This document shows, in pieces, positions 27,862-39,074 of a stretch of DNA of 64,000 bases. The notes below the pieces were generated by a model, which had not been told where the DNA came from, made no database searches, and saw only the letters and a list, made by a program, of their open reading frames with translations. The stretch comes from Bdellovibrionales bacterium (GTDB taxonomy: Bacteria; Bdellovibrionota; Bdellovibrionia; Bdellovibrionales; CAYMLA01). Where the stretch lies: contig OZ244239.1 of NCBI GenBank assembly GCA_965217115.1, forward strand, positions 1 through 64,000, in the 5' to 3' direction. Made by a program: the position numbers and the translations under genes. Every line of letters starts with the position of its first letter. The stretch's first letter is position 1.

Positions 27862-30195
27862 CTACTTGGAATCTACTGTTTCAAAGATCTCAACGGGAAG
27901 GTCTTTGAGGTGGATAGGAATAACAAGGCCTCTCTCTTTTATAATAGGCTTCTTATATTCAATAGAATCATGAAGGAGAGAGGGGGAGATATTTAGTCCT
28001 ATAGGCTTTTTAAAAATTTCATTGAGACCTTTTTCTGCTGAGCGAATTTTAGAGTTGAGTATGAGTTCTGGGATACCAAGTCCTAGGTAGTTTTTCCACC
28101 CAGTGTCAGTTGTTCGTTTAATTTGTGGTTTTGATAGATGTAAGCATATTTTTTGATTATTAGAGCACTTATCAAAAGTGGTAGAAAATTTAATATCAGC
28201 GGTTTGATCTTTGACGAAGAAGCTGAGATCCTTCGCTTGAGCTCCTCTAATTAAAACATCATGGGACTTTGATGCCTCATTCCAAACAAGTTCAGGTGAC
28301 TGAATTATGTGTAGACTTCTTTCGGGACAATTTTCTTCGATGCCACTAAGACAAACTTCTTTATTTTTCTTCCAAATATCTTGGAGATACACGTCAGCAG
28401 TGGAGATGGGGACATCTAAAACAAAATCGGCTTGGGAGAGTTCCTCGTCATTGATGACAAGTCCATTGTCTGAGAGCTTCTTGTCACTGATTTTACATTG
28501 CCCGGATTTTGAATTAAAAACCCCATAACGATTGAATTTGTCTGTTTGTTCAAATATGGCTTTGAGCCCAACCTGGGTCTCGTCTTCTTCTTCTGAGTCT
28601 AGAGATTCTTTGAGATCTTGTTTTTTCTGTATGAGATCTTTGAGTTTGTTATTAAGAGAATCATGATTGTTTTCAACGATTTCTCTAAGATGATCTTCTT
28701 CGTTCTCACGAGAAAGAAATCTGGAGCTGTTCTCAAGAGAGTGTATTTCTTTCTTGGTCTCTTCTATGAGGTTGTTGAGTCTAGTTAGCCTCAACTGTTC
28801 GGCAAAATCAGTCGTTGGTATTTGTGTGTTAAAGTTTTCATTAAGAACGGATTTATTAAGAGCTTGGTTCGTTTTTTGTAATATCGTCTTAATATGTTGG
28901 TTAATCATTGGGGCTCGTAATTTGACCAACTCTTCAAAGTGTTTATTCAATGCAGGGTCCTTGAGAATCTCTGTGTTGATGGTGTGGGTGATATGTTGAA
29001 ACATTTTCTTTGAAGTGTCATTACTAAAACCTTCAAGATTCAGAGCTGCCTTTTGGGTTGCTTTTTTTCCATAGGGGAGGAATTTTGTGTAACAGCGAAA
29101 GTCAGGGCATTGATCGAGTGTCTTTTGATAACCAAAATCATTGAATAATTTCTTTGGAAGAGAGGACTGATTATCGAGACAATCTACGCCTTGAGCCCGT
29201 TCTTTTTTCCATTTCTTATAACTAGTGATGATGTTGTCCCCCAATTCATCAAGCTTTTGATCATTGAGGCCTTGGGCTGATTCTTTATCTAAGAGTTCTG
29301 AAATTTCTGATTCTAAGAATTCCTCCTCTCTCTTTTCTTGGTCACTAGGAACTTTACAAGGGTGAAAGCCAAAATGTTCTTCCATGCTTTTAGCCCGTTG
29401 TTCCTGTGCAGATGTTCTTAGATAGTGTCGTTTTTGTTTGCTTGTTATGATCTTTCCCGTATGAGGGTCTAAAATAATAGGTGTTATTGTGGAGAAGCTG
29501 GCATCAAGTTGAATGTTTTTGATACCTCCTTTGAGCAGATGGAGATTATCATTTTCATTGAGAGCGATGACGGTATCAATAACGGCTCCTCCCTTAGCGA
29601 CATTGATCATAACAGAAGGCCTTTCAAGAATTCTTTGCTCGTCGGCATTAGGGTCTAAATTTTGAATAATAATATCTCCAGTGAATTGAAGATCTTTTAA
29701 ATAGGATTTGAGAGAGCAATTATACGAATTGCATTTAGGTGGATCGACATCAAAGTCAAAGTTGTGAACTTTGGTGTTTTTGATTGAAATTTTAACAGGA
29801 ATAAGCTCAATGTCTTTCCCAAGAGCTTCACTGTCAGATATAATAGGGTAGAAGAAGCAGTTGCTACTATGAGAATCTGTCTCCGTGGGAGTGTTGTCTT
29901 TTATGAAAAATTTTTCAATCTGTGTCTTTGCAGTTTCCGTATGGCATTCTTCAGGGGTTTCATACAAGACAATATCTTGACGTGCGACTTCACCGACAAA
30001 ATTGTCTGTAATTTCACTGTTAATACGGGATTTTAATTGTTTGAAGCTAATCTCAAAAAGTCGCTGATGACCTTTAGGGGTGACAATGAAGCTGCCCATG
30101 TATTGACAGTTTTTCTTGAAGGGGCAGTTTTTTTGAGCCAGGCAATTAAGGGCTATGAAAGTTATAAATAGAGAGGAGATTAAACAGCGATTCAT
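27862..30195 (-). CDS. Large secreted hypothetical protein, possibly BPI/TULIP-like with coiled-coil inserts
   Basis: Signal peptide, multiple Cys pairs, coiled-coil around aa 465-540. Confidence 0.7.
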   Translation of the reverse strand: MNRCLISSLFITFIALNCLAQKNCPFKKNCQYMGSFIVTPKGHQRLFEISFKQLKSRINSEITDNFVGEVARQDIVLYETPEECHTETAKTQIEKFFIKDNTPTETDSHSSNCFFYPIISDSEALGKDIELIPVKISIKNTKVHNFDFDVDPPKCNSYNCSLKSYLKDLQFTGDIIIQNLDPNADEQRILERPSVMINVAKGGAVIDTVIALNENDNLHLLKGGIKNIQLDASFSTITPIILDPHTGKIITSKQKRHYLRTSAQEQRAKSMEEHFGFHPCKVPSDQEKREEEFLESEISELLDKESAQGLNDQKLDELGDNIITSYKKWKKERAQGVDCLDNQSSLPKKLFNDFGYQKTLDQCPDFRCYTKFLPYGKKATQKAALNLEGFSNDTSKKMFQHITHTINTEILKDPALNKHFEELVKLRAPMINQHIKTILQKTNQALNKSVLNENFNTQIPTTDFAEQLRLTRLNNLIEETKKEIHSLENSSRFLSRENEEDHLREIVENNHDSLNNKLKDLIQKKQDLKESLDSEEEDETQVGLKAIFEQTDKFNRYGVFNSKSGQCKISDKKLSDNGLVINDEELSQADFVLDVPISTADVYLQDIWKKNKEVCLSGIEENCPERSLHIIQSPELVWNEASKSHDVLIRGAQAKDLSFFVKDQTADIKFSTTFDKCSNNQKICLHLSKPQIKRTTDTGWKNYLGLGIPELILNSKIRSAEKGLNEIFKKPIGLNISPSLLHDSIEYKKPIIKERGLVIPIHLKDLPVEIFETVDSK

Positions 30196-30202
30196 AGAAG
30201 GC

Positions 30203-30229
30203 TTATCGGTTTACCGATAATTAGCTTCA
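30203..30229 (-). promoter_or_regulatory. Putative sigma28 (FliA) promoter, leaderless transcript
   Basis: Minus strand TGAA-N15-ACCGATAA ending 7 nt before ATG 30195; also palindrome TTATCGGTTTACCGATAA. Confidence 0.55.
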
Positions 30230-30443
30230 GAGAAATATCTAAAAAAGGTCTGCTTCTAAATTTATCGTATTTTACGCATTGCTCAGAGGGCTCTGCTTTT
30301 TTATCCACAGAAGACAAGACCTAAGGCTGGCATCCTGATATCCTACATTATTGATGGGTTCATGGTGGAGTGTCTTTAAAATGCTTGAAAAAAGTATGAT
30401 TGATAGAATTGACTCCCTCAATGGATATAGATAGGACAAAGAT

Positions 30444-32606
30444 GTGGGATTAACGTTAAAAACAGACATCCAGTATTTAAAAGGAGTGGGCCCTAAGTTA
30501 GGTGGTCTTTTGCGAAAAAGAGGCATAGGGACGATTGAGGATTTGCTGGAGTATTACCCCAGGGCCTATGAAGATCGTCGAGCGGCACGGTCTATATCGA
30601 CACTTGAAGAAAATGATATTGTCTCGTTAAGGGCTGAAATAATGAGGGTGAGCTCCATTCCTATGGGCAAGAGTCGCCGTCGAATTTATGATGTTTTAGT
30701 GCGTGATCAGAGTGGGCGTATTCAGTGCAAATACTTCCGTGTTCCCTACAGAGGCTTTTTCGAAAGATTTCAAGTTGGAAACCAAGTGAGGGTAATAGGT
30801 AAAATTATTCGTTATCGAGGAGTTCTACAGTTTCAACATCCCGATATTCGTGATGTTCATAGCCATGAAAATGAGGGAGATAATAAAGACATTGAAGGGA
30901 GTAGAGATTGTCTCGTTCCTCTGTATACAGATGTTGAGGGTTTTAATTCTGTCAAAGTGAGACGCTTGTTAGGAGTTGTTTTAAAACAGGTGGATCTTAG
31001 TAAAATAGAAGAAGATGAGGATGGGGCATTTGATCGCGAGGGTTGTTTAGTTATTTCTGATTTCTTACCTAAATGGATAAGGGATGAATACAAATTGCCT
31101 TTGCGAGGCTTGAGTCTTAAGGAGATTCATCAGCCCTCAGAAGAGGCAGGTAAATTATTCCATGGGAGACAGTCTGAGTTTCATCGCCGAATAATATTTG
31201 AAGAGTTTTTCTGGTTGGAGCTTTTTTTAGCATCCCGTAAATCGGATTTTAAAAGGTATGAAGCCCCCAGTATGGAGAATGAATTTAGACTTGTTGAAGA
31301 GTTAAAGGAGAGCTTAAGCTTTGAGCTGACAAAGGCTCAGGAGAGGGCTTTCCGAGAAATAGCTAAAGACATGCTTCAACCTTATCCCATGCATCGTTTG
31401 CTCCAGGGAGATGTGGGAAGCGGAAAAACTGTGGTGGCTTTGATGGCGGCGAGTTTTGTAAAGTCCAGTGGTTATCAGACATCTCTGATGGTGCCGACGG
31501 AAATTTTAGCGGATCAGCATTATCAAGGGGCACAGAAACTATTGGCCCCTTTAGGTGTTCGTGTGGCCCTGCTTACGGGAAGAATGGGGAGTAGAGAGAA
31601 GAGAGAGGTGGGAGAGGCTTTAAGGCAGGGGGAAATAGATTTGATTATAGGAACCCATGCTCTTATCCAGGGAGATGTAGAGTTCTACCGCTTGGGTCTG
31701 GTCATTGTGGATGAACAGCATCGTTTCGGTGTTGCACAGCGAGGACAATTAAAGGAAAAAGGCAAAAACCCTCACTTTTTGGTGATGACGGCAACGCCTA
31801 TTCCGCGAACATTGGCGATGACAGTTTACGGTGATCTGGATGTGTCGGTGATGGATGGGATGCCGAAAGGTCGAATCCCCATAATTTCCCGTGTAGCTTA
31901 TGAGACTAAGAGGCCCCAAGTGATGCAGTTTGTTGAAGATCAAATAAAAAAAGGACGGCAGGGATATATTATTTATCCCCTGGTGGAAGAGAGTGAGAAC
32001 ATTGATTTAAAAAATGCGGTGGACGAATTTGAAAAGTTACAGAGACATTTTGTAAATATCCGTCTGGGCTTGCTCCATGGAAGAATGAAGACGTCTGAAA
32101 AAGAAGAGGTGATGAATCGTTTTCGTCATGGGGATTTAGACATTTTGGTGTCAACAACTGTGGTAGAGGTGGGGGTGGATGTTCCCAATGCTAATATCAT
32201 TATTATTGAGCATGTGGAGCGTTTTGGTTTGTCTCAGCTGCATCAGTTGCGTGGGCGTGTGGGTCGAGGAGAGCATAGAAGTTACTGCGTGTTGATGTTA
32301 GGGCAGAGTTCTTCGCCAGAGGCCAGAGAACGGGCGAGAATCATGGAGAATGCCAGTGATGGATTTAAAATTGCTGAAGCAGATTTAGAGTTACGTGGCC
32401 CAGGGGAGTTTTTAGGAACTCGGCAGTCGGGATTAGATGGATTTAAAATGGCTAATTTGGTGCGTGATGTTCTTATTTTACAGGATGCTCGACATGCGGC
32501 CTTTGAGGTGATCAGAAGAGATCCAAAATTAGATCTCCCAGATCATAAAGCATTGAAGGCACAGTTTATGGGCCAACAGGGCATTGTTGCGATGGCGACG
32601 ACTTAG
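30444..32606 (+). CDS. recG: ATP-dependent DNA helicase RecG
   Basis: LKGVGPK, RLLQGDVGSGKT, DEQHRFG, MTATPIPRT, QLRGRVGRG. Confidence 0.98.
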   Translation: MGLTLKTDIQYLKGVGPKLGGLLRKRGIGTIEDLLEYYPRAYEDRRAARSISTLEENDIVSLRAEIMRVSSIPMGKSRRRIYDVLVRDQSGRIQCKYFRVPYRGFFERFQVGNQVRVIGKIIRYRGVLQFQHPDIRDVHSHENEGDNKDIEGSRDCLVPLYTDVEGFNSVKVRRLLGVVLKQVDLSKIEEDEDGAFDREGCLVISDFLPKWIRDEYKLPLRGLSLKEIHQPSEEAGKLFHGRQSEFHRRIIFEEFFWLELFLASRKSDFKRYEAPSMENEFRLVEELKESLSFELTKAQERAFREIAKDMLQPYPMHRLLQGDVGSGKTVVALMAASFVKSSGYQTSLMVPTEILADQHYQGAQKLLAPLGVRVALLTGRMGSREKREVGEALRQGEIDLIIGTHALIQGDVEFYRLGLVIVDEQHRFGVAQRGQLKEKGKNPHFLVMTATPIPRTLAMTVYGDLDVSVMDGMPKGRIPIISRVAYETKRPQVMQFVEDQIKKGRQGYIIYPLVEESENIDLKNAVDEFEKLQRHFVNIRLGLLHGRMKTSEKEEVMNRFRHGDLDILVSTTVVEVGVDVPNANIIIIEHVERFGLSQLHQLRGRVGRGEHRSYCVLMLGQSSSPEARERARIMENASDGFKIAEADLELRGPGEFLGTRQSGLDGFKMANLVRDVLILQDARHAAFEVIRRDPKLDLPDHKALKAQFMGQQGIVAMATT

Positions 32607-32964
32607 GATTATCTTTAGAGATGTTTAAAGTTAAGTCGCCATGGTATTTGTTATATTAAAAATGTTATTCATGGGCTTTTGCAGCGTGTCTTTTCTTAAA
32701 AAAAGATTGTATTTACCCATAAGAATATCTTTTGGTCTAAATTAGAAGAATGAATTCCACCGGTCCTATGTAAATCAATATAAGCTCTCTTAAACTGTTA
32801 AAATAAAAGACTTTAATAGAGTTATTCCATTCACCTGCCACAGAGATCTCTCCGCCATAATTATAAAAAAACTGTTACCTTCTGTTAAAGTAAAAGATAA
32901 CTTCCATAGATGGTGAGAATTTGTGGAATTTTCACTTCTCTCTTAAGCGCAATCGTGGTTTTCT

Positions 32965-35160
32965 GTGTACCTTACCGGGGGGGTAACTGTGCATATATTA
33001 TTTTTCATACTGGGTTTGGTACTTACAGGACAGGTCTTTGCGGGGGACACTCTGCGTTTGAAGTCGGGTGATGTTCAAATAAATACTCAATTGAAGACTC
33101 AAATAAAAGTTCAGACAAAGTCTCAATCATCGACATTTACGGTGAAAGAAAATGGAACAATACCTGCGGAGGCGAGATCTGTAAAATTTGATTTTTTCAT
33201 TTTACAGTTTGATCGTGCAGTTACTGAAGCTGATAAGACGAGTCTAAGTGATAAGGGGATAGAGCTGTTTAATTATATTCCCGATGATGCTTTTCTTGTG
33301 AAGGCAAATAGTGCATTGCTTAAAAGAACCCAAAAAGAATTATCCTATATTTCAGGATTTACTCCCTTCCTTGCTGATTACAAAATTAGTGAAGATTTAA
33401 AAACTCAGAGTGTTTTCACTGCAAAGAAGGAGTTAACTCTTCTTGTATCAGTGCTTGAGGAGTCTTTGGCGGAGAAGGTTATCGAGAAAATAGCCCACTT
33501 TCCCAGTGCTAAAGTGGATCGGATGGGTCGCTATTTAGCGGTTAAAGTATCATCTGAGGAGCTTTGGAAACTGGCGCAAATTCAAGGTGTGGAATGGGTT
33601 GAAAACTATCCTGAAATTCAGAATGCTATGATGGACAATTTCCCTCTGGAAGGAGGCGATGGGGTTTCCTTTTCTCTCGGTGATTATACGGATCTTAATG
33701 GATATGAGAGCGGAACTCGTTTGATGGGATTTGAGGAGAGTTGGGAGCATGGTCTTAATGGTCAGAATCAATTGGTTGCCGTTGCTGATACGGGTTTGGA
33801 TTCTGGTAAAAAGGATCAAATTCATTTAGATTTCGGAGATGGAGTTCATTCGGGACATTATTTTGGATTGTGGGCGTCTTCTTGGGAAGATCCTATGGGA
33901 CATGGAACCCATGTGTCTGGTTCGGTCGTTGGTCGCGGTGTCGCCTCTGATGGTCGTATCCGTGGAGGAGCTTACGGGGCGAAATTAGTGGTAGAGGCGA
34001 TGTGGAGTCCAGTAATGAATAATTTGACGGTTCCACCAGAGTTGAAGAAGTTATTTGAACCAGCCTATCAAGACGGTGCCCGTATCCATACGAATTCATG
34101 GGGAACAAGAGGCATGGGTGTTTATAATAACATGTCTGTTCAGGTGGATGATTATATGTGGAACAATCCTGATATGTTGATCCTTTTTTCTGCGGGTAAT
34201 AGCGGAGTGGATATGGATAAGGATGGTCGCATTGATAGTGGTTCAGTGACTCCTCCTGGAACGGCAAAAAATATTTTAACAGTGGGGGCTTCAGAGAATT
34301 TTGTTGAAAGTGGCGGAATTCAGGTCCCTATTAATCGCCTCCGTGGAGCCAGTGAAATTTGGGGAGCGGAGCCTATATCTAGTGATAAGATTTCAGACGA
34401 TCCTAATGGGATTGCCATGTTTAGTTCCCGTGGGCCAACTTTGGATGGAAGAATTAAGCCCGACGTCGTCGCGCCGGGAACCAATATCCTTTCGACCCGC
34501 TCTTACCATAAGGATGCAAGTACTTTATGGGGTGAATACAACAGGGATTATGTTTACTCAGGTGGTACATCTATGTCGACACCACTTGTGGCTGGTGCAG
34601 TGGCTGTATTGCGACAGTATTTACAGGAAGAGCAGGGTGTTGAGAACCCATCTGCGGCGTTGATGAAAGGGCTTATCATGCATACGGCGACGGATTTATT
34701 TCCTGGACAATTTGGAGAAGTTGGTGAGAGCAGGGGTCAGGAGATGCTTCAACGTCGTCCGAACAACGAAGAAGGCTATGGGCTGGTTGATATCAATAAA
34801 GCGACATCTTTAAGTGACACCTATTTTATGGATGAAAAAACAGGTTTAGCTCAAGGTAAAGTTGATGAGTATGGGTTGAATATTCAAGGTGGTTCTTTGC
34901 AGGTGACTCTTGTATACACGGATGCGCCAGGTGCCCCGAATGCGAGTGTGGCTTTAGTTAATGATTTGAATCTTGAGCTGGTTGCTACTAATGGAAGTAT
35001 TTTTAAGAGTGAGAGTCGTGTGAATAATTCCGAAACTATGGAGTTCAACGATGTCCCCAAAGGTAGGTATATTGTTCGTGTTCGTGGTTATCGAGTTCCC
35101 CAGGGACGTAATGGTTCACAGCCTTACGCATTATTAGTAACAGGGAAGATAGTTAGATAA
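32965..35160 (+). CDS. Secreted S8 subtilisin-like serine protease (KP-43-like)
   Basis: Catalytic ADTG, HGTHV, GGTSMSTP; SAALMKG; C-terminal LVNDLNL beta-domain; GTG 32989 is a possible start. Confidence 0.93.
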   Translation: MYLTGGVTVHILFFILGLVLTGQVFAGDTLRLKSGDVQINTQLKTQIKVQTKSQSSTFTVKENGTIPAEARSVKFDFFILQFDRAVTEADKTSLSDKGIELFNYIPDDAFLVKANSALLKRTQKELSYISGFTPFLADYKISEDLKTQSVFTAKKELTLLVSVLEESLAEKVIEKIAHFPSAKVDRMGRYLAVKVSSEELWKLAQIQGVEWVENYPEIQNAMMDNFPLEGGDGVSFSLGDYTDLNGYESGTRLMGFEESWEHGLNGQNQLVAVADTGLDSGKKDQIHLDFGDGVHSGHYFGLWASSWEDPMGHGTHVSGSVVGRGVASDGRIRGGAYGAKLVVEAMWSPVMNNLTVPPELKKLFEPAYQDGARIHTNSWGTRGMGVYNNMSVQVDDYMWNNPDMLILFSAGNSGVDMDKDGRIDSGSVTPPGTAKNILTVGASENFVESGGIQVPINRLRGASEIWGAEPISSDKISDDPNGIAMFSSRGPTLDGRIKPDVVAPGTNILSTRSYHKDASTLWGEYNRDYVYSGGTSMSTPLVAGAVAVLRQYLQEEQGVENPSAALMKGLIMHTATDLFPGQFGEVGESRGQEMLQRRPNNEEGYGLVDINKATSLSDTYFMDEKTGLAQGKVDEYGLNIQGGSLQVTLVYTDAPGAPNASVALVNDLNLELVATNGSIFKSESRVNNSETMEFNDVPKGRYIVRVRGYRVPQGRNGSQPYALLVTGKIVR

Positions 35161-35193
35161 TTTTCCCAGGGGTTATTTTTAGTACTTCTTACT

Positions 35194-35221
35194 AAGAGAG
35201 CTTTATGCTCTCTTTTATTTT
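35194..35221 (+). terminator. Intrinsic terminator
   Basis: AAGAGAGC-tttat-GCTCTCTT followed by TTATTTT. Confidence 0.7.
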
Positions 35222-35400
35222 GGGAAAGATTACATAGAGACACGGGCTATCATTGGATAACCCTAGTTATATCAATAACTTACAGGTTATGTGAATTTTT
35301 CAGAGTTTGTCTCCTCGTTTTTGTTACGTTGAGTCGCCTCAGAATAAATGTTATAAGGGTGGGAGTCTTGCTGGGTTGGTTCTCTTAAAGAGGAGGGAAA

Positions 35401-35886
35401 ATGACATTTCAGATTGGGGAAAATGCAGTTTATCCAGGTCACGGTGTTGGTGAGGTGATAGCCATTGAAGAGAAAAATATAATGGGACAGAACAAGAACT
35501 TCTATTCCATTCGTATTGTTGAGAGTGGAATGAAAATCTTGGTTCCTACGGATAATGTGCGTTCCGTTGGCTTGAGGCCTATCATAACTCAAGATGAAGC
35601 CACTAAAGTTATTTCTATTCTACAGCAAAAAGATGTAAAAATAGACAATCAGACTTGGAATCGTCGTTATCGTGAGTACATGGAGAAAATCAAAACAGGA
35701 TCAGTTTTTGAGATTGCTGAAGTTCTACGTGATTTGTATATTTTAAAGAGAGATAAAGAATTGAGTTTTGGAGAGCGTAAGATGCTTGATACAGCCCGTT
35801 CTCTGTTGTTTAAGGAATTAACTTTAGCGACAACCCAAGAAGAGTTATCTCGACCTGAAGTCTCTGATATCTTTGCGACCTCCTAA
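35401..35886 (+). CDS. carD: CarD family transcriptional regulator
   Basis: FQIGENAVYPGHGVG, TWNRRYR, LSFGERKML. Confidence 0.95.
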   Translation: MTFQIGENAVYPGHGVGEVIAIEEKNIMGQNKNFYSIRIVESGMKILVPTDNVRSVGLRPIITQDEATKVISILQQKDVKIDNQTWNRRYREYMEKIKTGSVFEIAEVLRDLYILKRDKELSFGERKMLDTARSLLFKELTLATTQEELSRPEVSDIFATS

Positions 35887-36054
35887 ACCACTGCACGATA
35901 CCCATTTGATGGGCTGTTATTTTTAACGAGCTTATTTTTTGGACTATTATTATAGGTTCCCTTTCTTTTTTAGTTTAATCCAGATTTAAAAACGTCTCTC
36001 TTTGCCCAAATCCTTTGAGCATGATACCCTGTCGTTTTCAGTTGGGGTTGTTTT

Positions 36055-37548
36055 ATGTCTTCTGTTCATCATGATGTTCGTGTGCGTTTTGCACCAAGTC
36101 CGACGGGTTATCTTCATGTAGGTGGCGCGCGCACGGCTTTGTATAATTATCTCTTTGCAAAACATCACGGAGGGACTTTTGTTCTTCGTGTGGATGATAC
36201 GGACGAGGCTCGTAGCACTGAAGAATCATTAAAAATACAAATTCAGGACTTACAGTGGCTGGGTCTTGAGTGGGATGAAGGTGTTGATGGAAGTACTTTA
36301 GAGGATAATGGAGACAATGGGCCCTACAGACAAAGTCGGCGCAAAGAAATTTATCAGAAACACGCCCAAGAACTTATCGATAGAGGTTTGGCCTATTATT
36401 GTTTTTTAACGGATGGGGAGACTGGGAAATTAAGAGAGCAATCCAAAGAGAAAAACAAGGGAGAGGCTGGCTCCTTTCATATTGAGTCTCCCTATCGAGA
36501 ACAGCCTCTAGAGAAAGCTTTAGTAAAGATTAAGAACGGTGAGAAGCCTACAGTTCGTTTTAAAGTTCCTAAGGATAGGAAAGAAATTGTTTTAAACGAC
36601 TTGGTCAGAGGTAAGGTGACATTTCCAGCAGATATGGTGGGGGATTTCGTAATTTTGCGTTCAGGGGGAATGCCTGTCTATAATTTTTGCTGTGCTATTG
36701 ATGATGCTTTGATGAATATATCCCATGTCTTTCGTGCAGAAGAGCATCTTAATAATACTCCTCGACAAATGATGATTTACGAAGCTTTTGACTACAGGTT
36801 GCCACAGTTTGGGCATATTTCGATTATTTTGGGAGCTGACAAACAAAAACTGAGTAAACGTCACGGGGCGACCAGTTGCCATGAGTACAGTGAACGAGGT
36901 TTTTTACCAGAAGCTTTGAATAACTTCATAGCTCTTTTAGGTTGGAGTTCTTCGAGTGAAGAGGAGATACTCTCCATCGAACAAATGACAAAAGAGTTTA
37001 GTACTGATCGTTTAAATCCTTCTGCAGCCGTTTTTGATGAGGTGAAATTAAAATGGATGAATGGGGTTCATCTGCGTTCTTTGGATGATGATGATTTATG
37101 GCAGAGGATTGAGCCCATCTTATTAGATGCAGGTATTGAATTAAACACTGACACTGTATTTAGAGGGCGGGCGCTGGAGGCCTTTAAAACTAAGATGGAA
37201 GTTTTAAATGACTGCGTGGAGTTGTTTCGACCTCTGAGTGATAGGTCTTTTAAAATCAGTGATGAATCACAAGAGATACTGGCTTGGGAAAAGACAAAGC
37301 CCCTTTTGGAGTTTTGGAAATCTTATTTACAGTCGTTTACATCGGACTACATCTCAGGTGAAGACTTTTCGAAGGTCTTTGATAAAATTAAAGAAAAAGT
37401 GGGAGTTAAGGGGAAGCAGCTCTTCATGCCCATACGAGTGGCAATTATTGGTCAGCCCCATGGTGCAGATTTGCAAAAATTAGTACCGCTTCTCCATAAA
37501 AAGTCTATGCTAGATAGAGTGGAGATATGTCTCTCTAAATTAGCTTAA
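36055..37548 (+). CDS. gltX: Glutamate--tRNA ligase
   Basis: RFAPSPTGYLHVGG (HIGH) and KLSKR. Confidence 0.97.
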   Translation: MSSVHHDVRVRFAPSPTGYLHVGGARTALYNYLFAKHHGGTFVLRVDDTDEARSTEESLKIQIQDLQWLGLEWDEGVDGSTLEDNGDNGPYRQSRRKEIYQKHAQELIDRGLAYYCFLTDGETGKLREQSKEKNKGEAGSFHIESPYREQPLEKALVKIKNGEKPTVRFKVPKDRKEIVLNDLVRGKVTFPADMVGDFVILRSGGMPVYNFCCAIDDALMNISHVFRAEEHLNNTPRQMMIYEAFDYRLPQFGHISIILGADKQKLSKRHGATSCHEYSERGFLPEALNNFIALLGWSSSSEEEILSIEQMTKEFSTDRLNPSAAVFDEVKLKWMNGVHLRSLDDDDLWQRIEPILLDAGIELNTDTVFRGRALEAFKTKMEVLNDCVELFRPLSDRSFKISDESQEILAWEKTKPLLEFWKSYLQSFTSDYISGEDFSKVFDKIKEKVGVKGKQLFMPIRVAIIGQPHGADLQKLVPLLHKKSMLDRVEICLSKLA

Positions 37549-37590
37549 CTGGTCAGGAACCTTAATTTTTTTAAAATGGATGAAATAAAG

Positions 37591-39054
37591 ATGAGTATTC
37601 GTATATACAATACGCTGACACAGAAGAAAGAAGAGTTTAAAACTATAGAAGAGAATAAGGTAAGAATGTATGTCTGCGGGCCTACGGTTTATGGACTTCT
37701 GCACGTAGGGAATTTTCGTGGAGCGATATTTTTTAATGTGGTTCGTAATTGGTTAGAGCTATGTGGTTATGAAGTGGAATATGCATATAATTACACGGAC
37801 GTTGATGACAAAATTATTAATCGCGCTAACGATGAGGGGTGTTCTTCTAAAGACATTTCTGAGAAGTACATTGCTGAGTTTGAAAAAGATTACGCAGTTC
37901 TTGGTTTAAAGGCCCATAGTAAGAACCCCAGGGTGACTGAGCACATGGATAATATTATTTCTATGGTTGAGAAATTGATTGCTAATGGGAATGGGTATGT
38001 GACCTCTAAAGGAGAGGTTTTATACTCTATTGATAGTTTTGCAGAGTATGGAAAACTAAGCCGGCGTAACACTGAGGATTCAATTGCGGGGGTTAGGGTA
38101 GAAGTGGATGAAGATAAGAAGAATCCCCCGGATTTTGTCTTGTGGAAGCCAGCTAAGCCAGGGGAGCCGAGTTGGGATTCACCTTGGTGTAAGGGTCGTC
38201 CAGGATGGCATATTGAGTGCTCTGCCATGAATCGTGCGATTTTTGGTGACACTATTGATATTCATGGTGGAGGGGCTGATCTTATCTTTCCCCACCATGA
38301 AAATGAAATAGCCCAGAGTGAGGGCTGCAGTGGGCAGACTTTTGCCCGTTATTGGATGCACAATAACATGATTACCTTTGGTGGTCAGAAGATGAGCAAA
38401 TCTTCGGGAAATATAAGAACAGCTCGATCTTTTTTAGAAGAATATAATGCAGAGATATTAAAATATCTTCTCTTGTCTGTTCAATACCGATCTTTGAGTG
38501 ATTTTTCACAGAAAGCCATTGAGAATACTATTGTTGGTTTGGGGAGAGTTTACTCCTCTCTATCAGTGGCGCGGTCTTATCTTAGAGAAGATGTGGCAGA
38601 GGTGGAGCCTGACAAAGACTTTGTGGAGGTATTGAAAAAAGGCTGGCAAGGTGTGGAGAGATCATTTAACGATGATTTCAATACGGCTCTTGTGATGGGT
38701 AAAATATTTGAAGTGGTGAGGCATTTTAATCATACCTTGCCTCGTGGGAAGAAAGTCAATGCCCCCCATAAAGCTATAGCCAAGGCATTTATAGATTGGG
38801 TTCAAAGGGTGGGAAGCCTTTTGTCACTCTTTGAACAGGATGCTGATAATTACTTGCGGCTTCTTGATGAGATGCTTTTACGTCAAAAAGGTATTGATAA
38901 GAAGGACGTGGAATCCCTCGTAGAGCAGAGAGATAAAGCTCGTGCGGCAAAGGACTTTTCTAAGGCAGATGATGTTCGTGATCGTCTCTTAGAGTTAGGC
39001 ATAGCTATTTTGGACACTCCTCAGGGGACAAGATGGGAAATGGAGAAGAAGTAG
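37591..39054 (+). CDS. cysS: Cysteine--tRNA ligase
   Basis: [30 protein letters not shown] (ORF open from 37576). Confidence 0.98.
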   Translation: MSIRIYNTLTQKKEEFKTIEENKVRMYVCGPTVYGLLHVGNFRGAIFFNVVRNWLELCGYEVEYAYNYTDVDDKIINRANDEGCSSKDISEKYIAEFEKDYAVLGLKAHSKNPRVTEHMDNIISMVEKLIANGNGYVTSKGEVLYSIDSFAEYGKLSRRNTEDSIAGVRVEVDEDKKNPPDFVLWKPAKPGEPSWDSPWCKGRPGWHIECSAMNRAIFGDTIDIHGGGADLIFPHHENEIAQSEGCSGQTFARYWMHNNMITFGGQKMSKSSGNIRTARSFLEEYNAEILKYLLLSVQYRSLSDFSQKAIENTIVGLGRVYSSLSVARSYLREDVAEVEPDKDFVEVLKKGWQGVERSFNDDFNTALVMGKIFEVVRHFNHTLPRGKKVNAPHKAIAKAFIDWVQRVGSLLSLFEQDADNYLRLLDEMLLRQKGIDKKDVESLVEQRDKARAAKDFSKADDVRDRLLELGIAILDTPQGTRWEMEKK

Positions 39055-39074
39055 AAAAAGAGCAAAGAAGAGAA

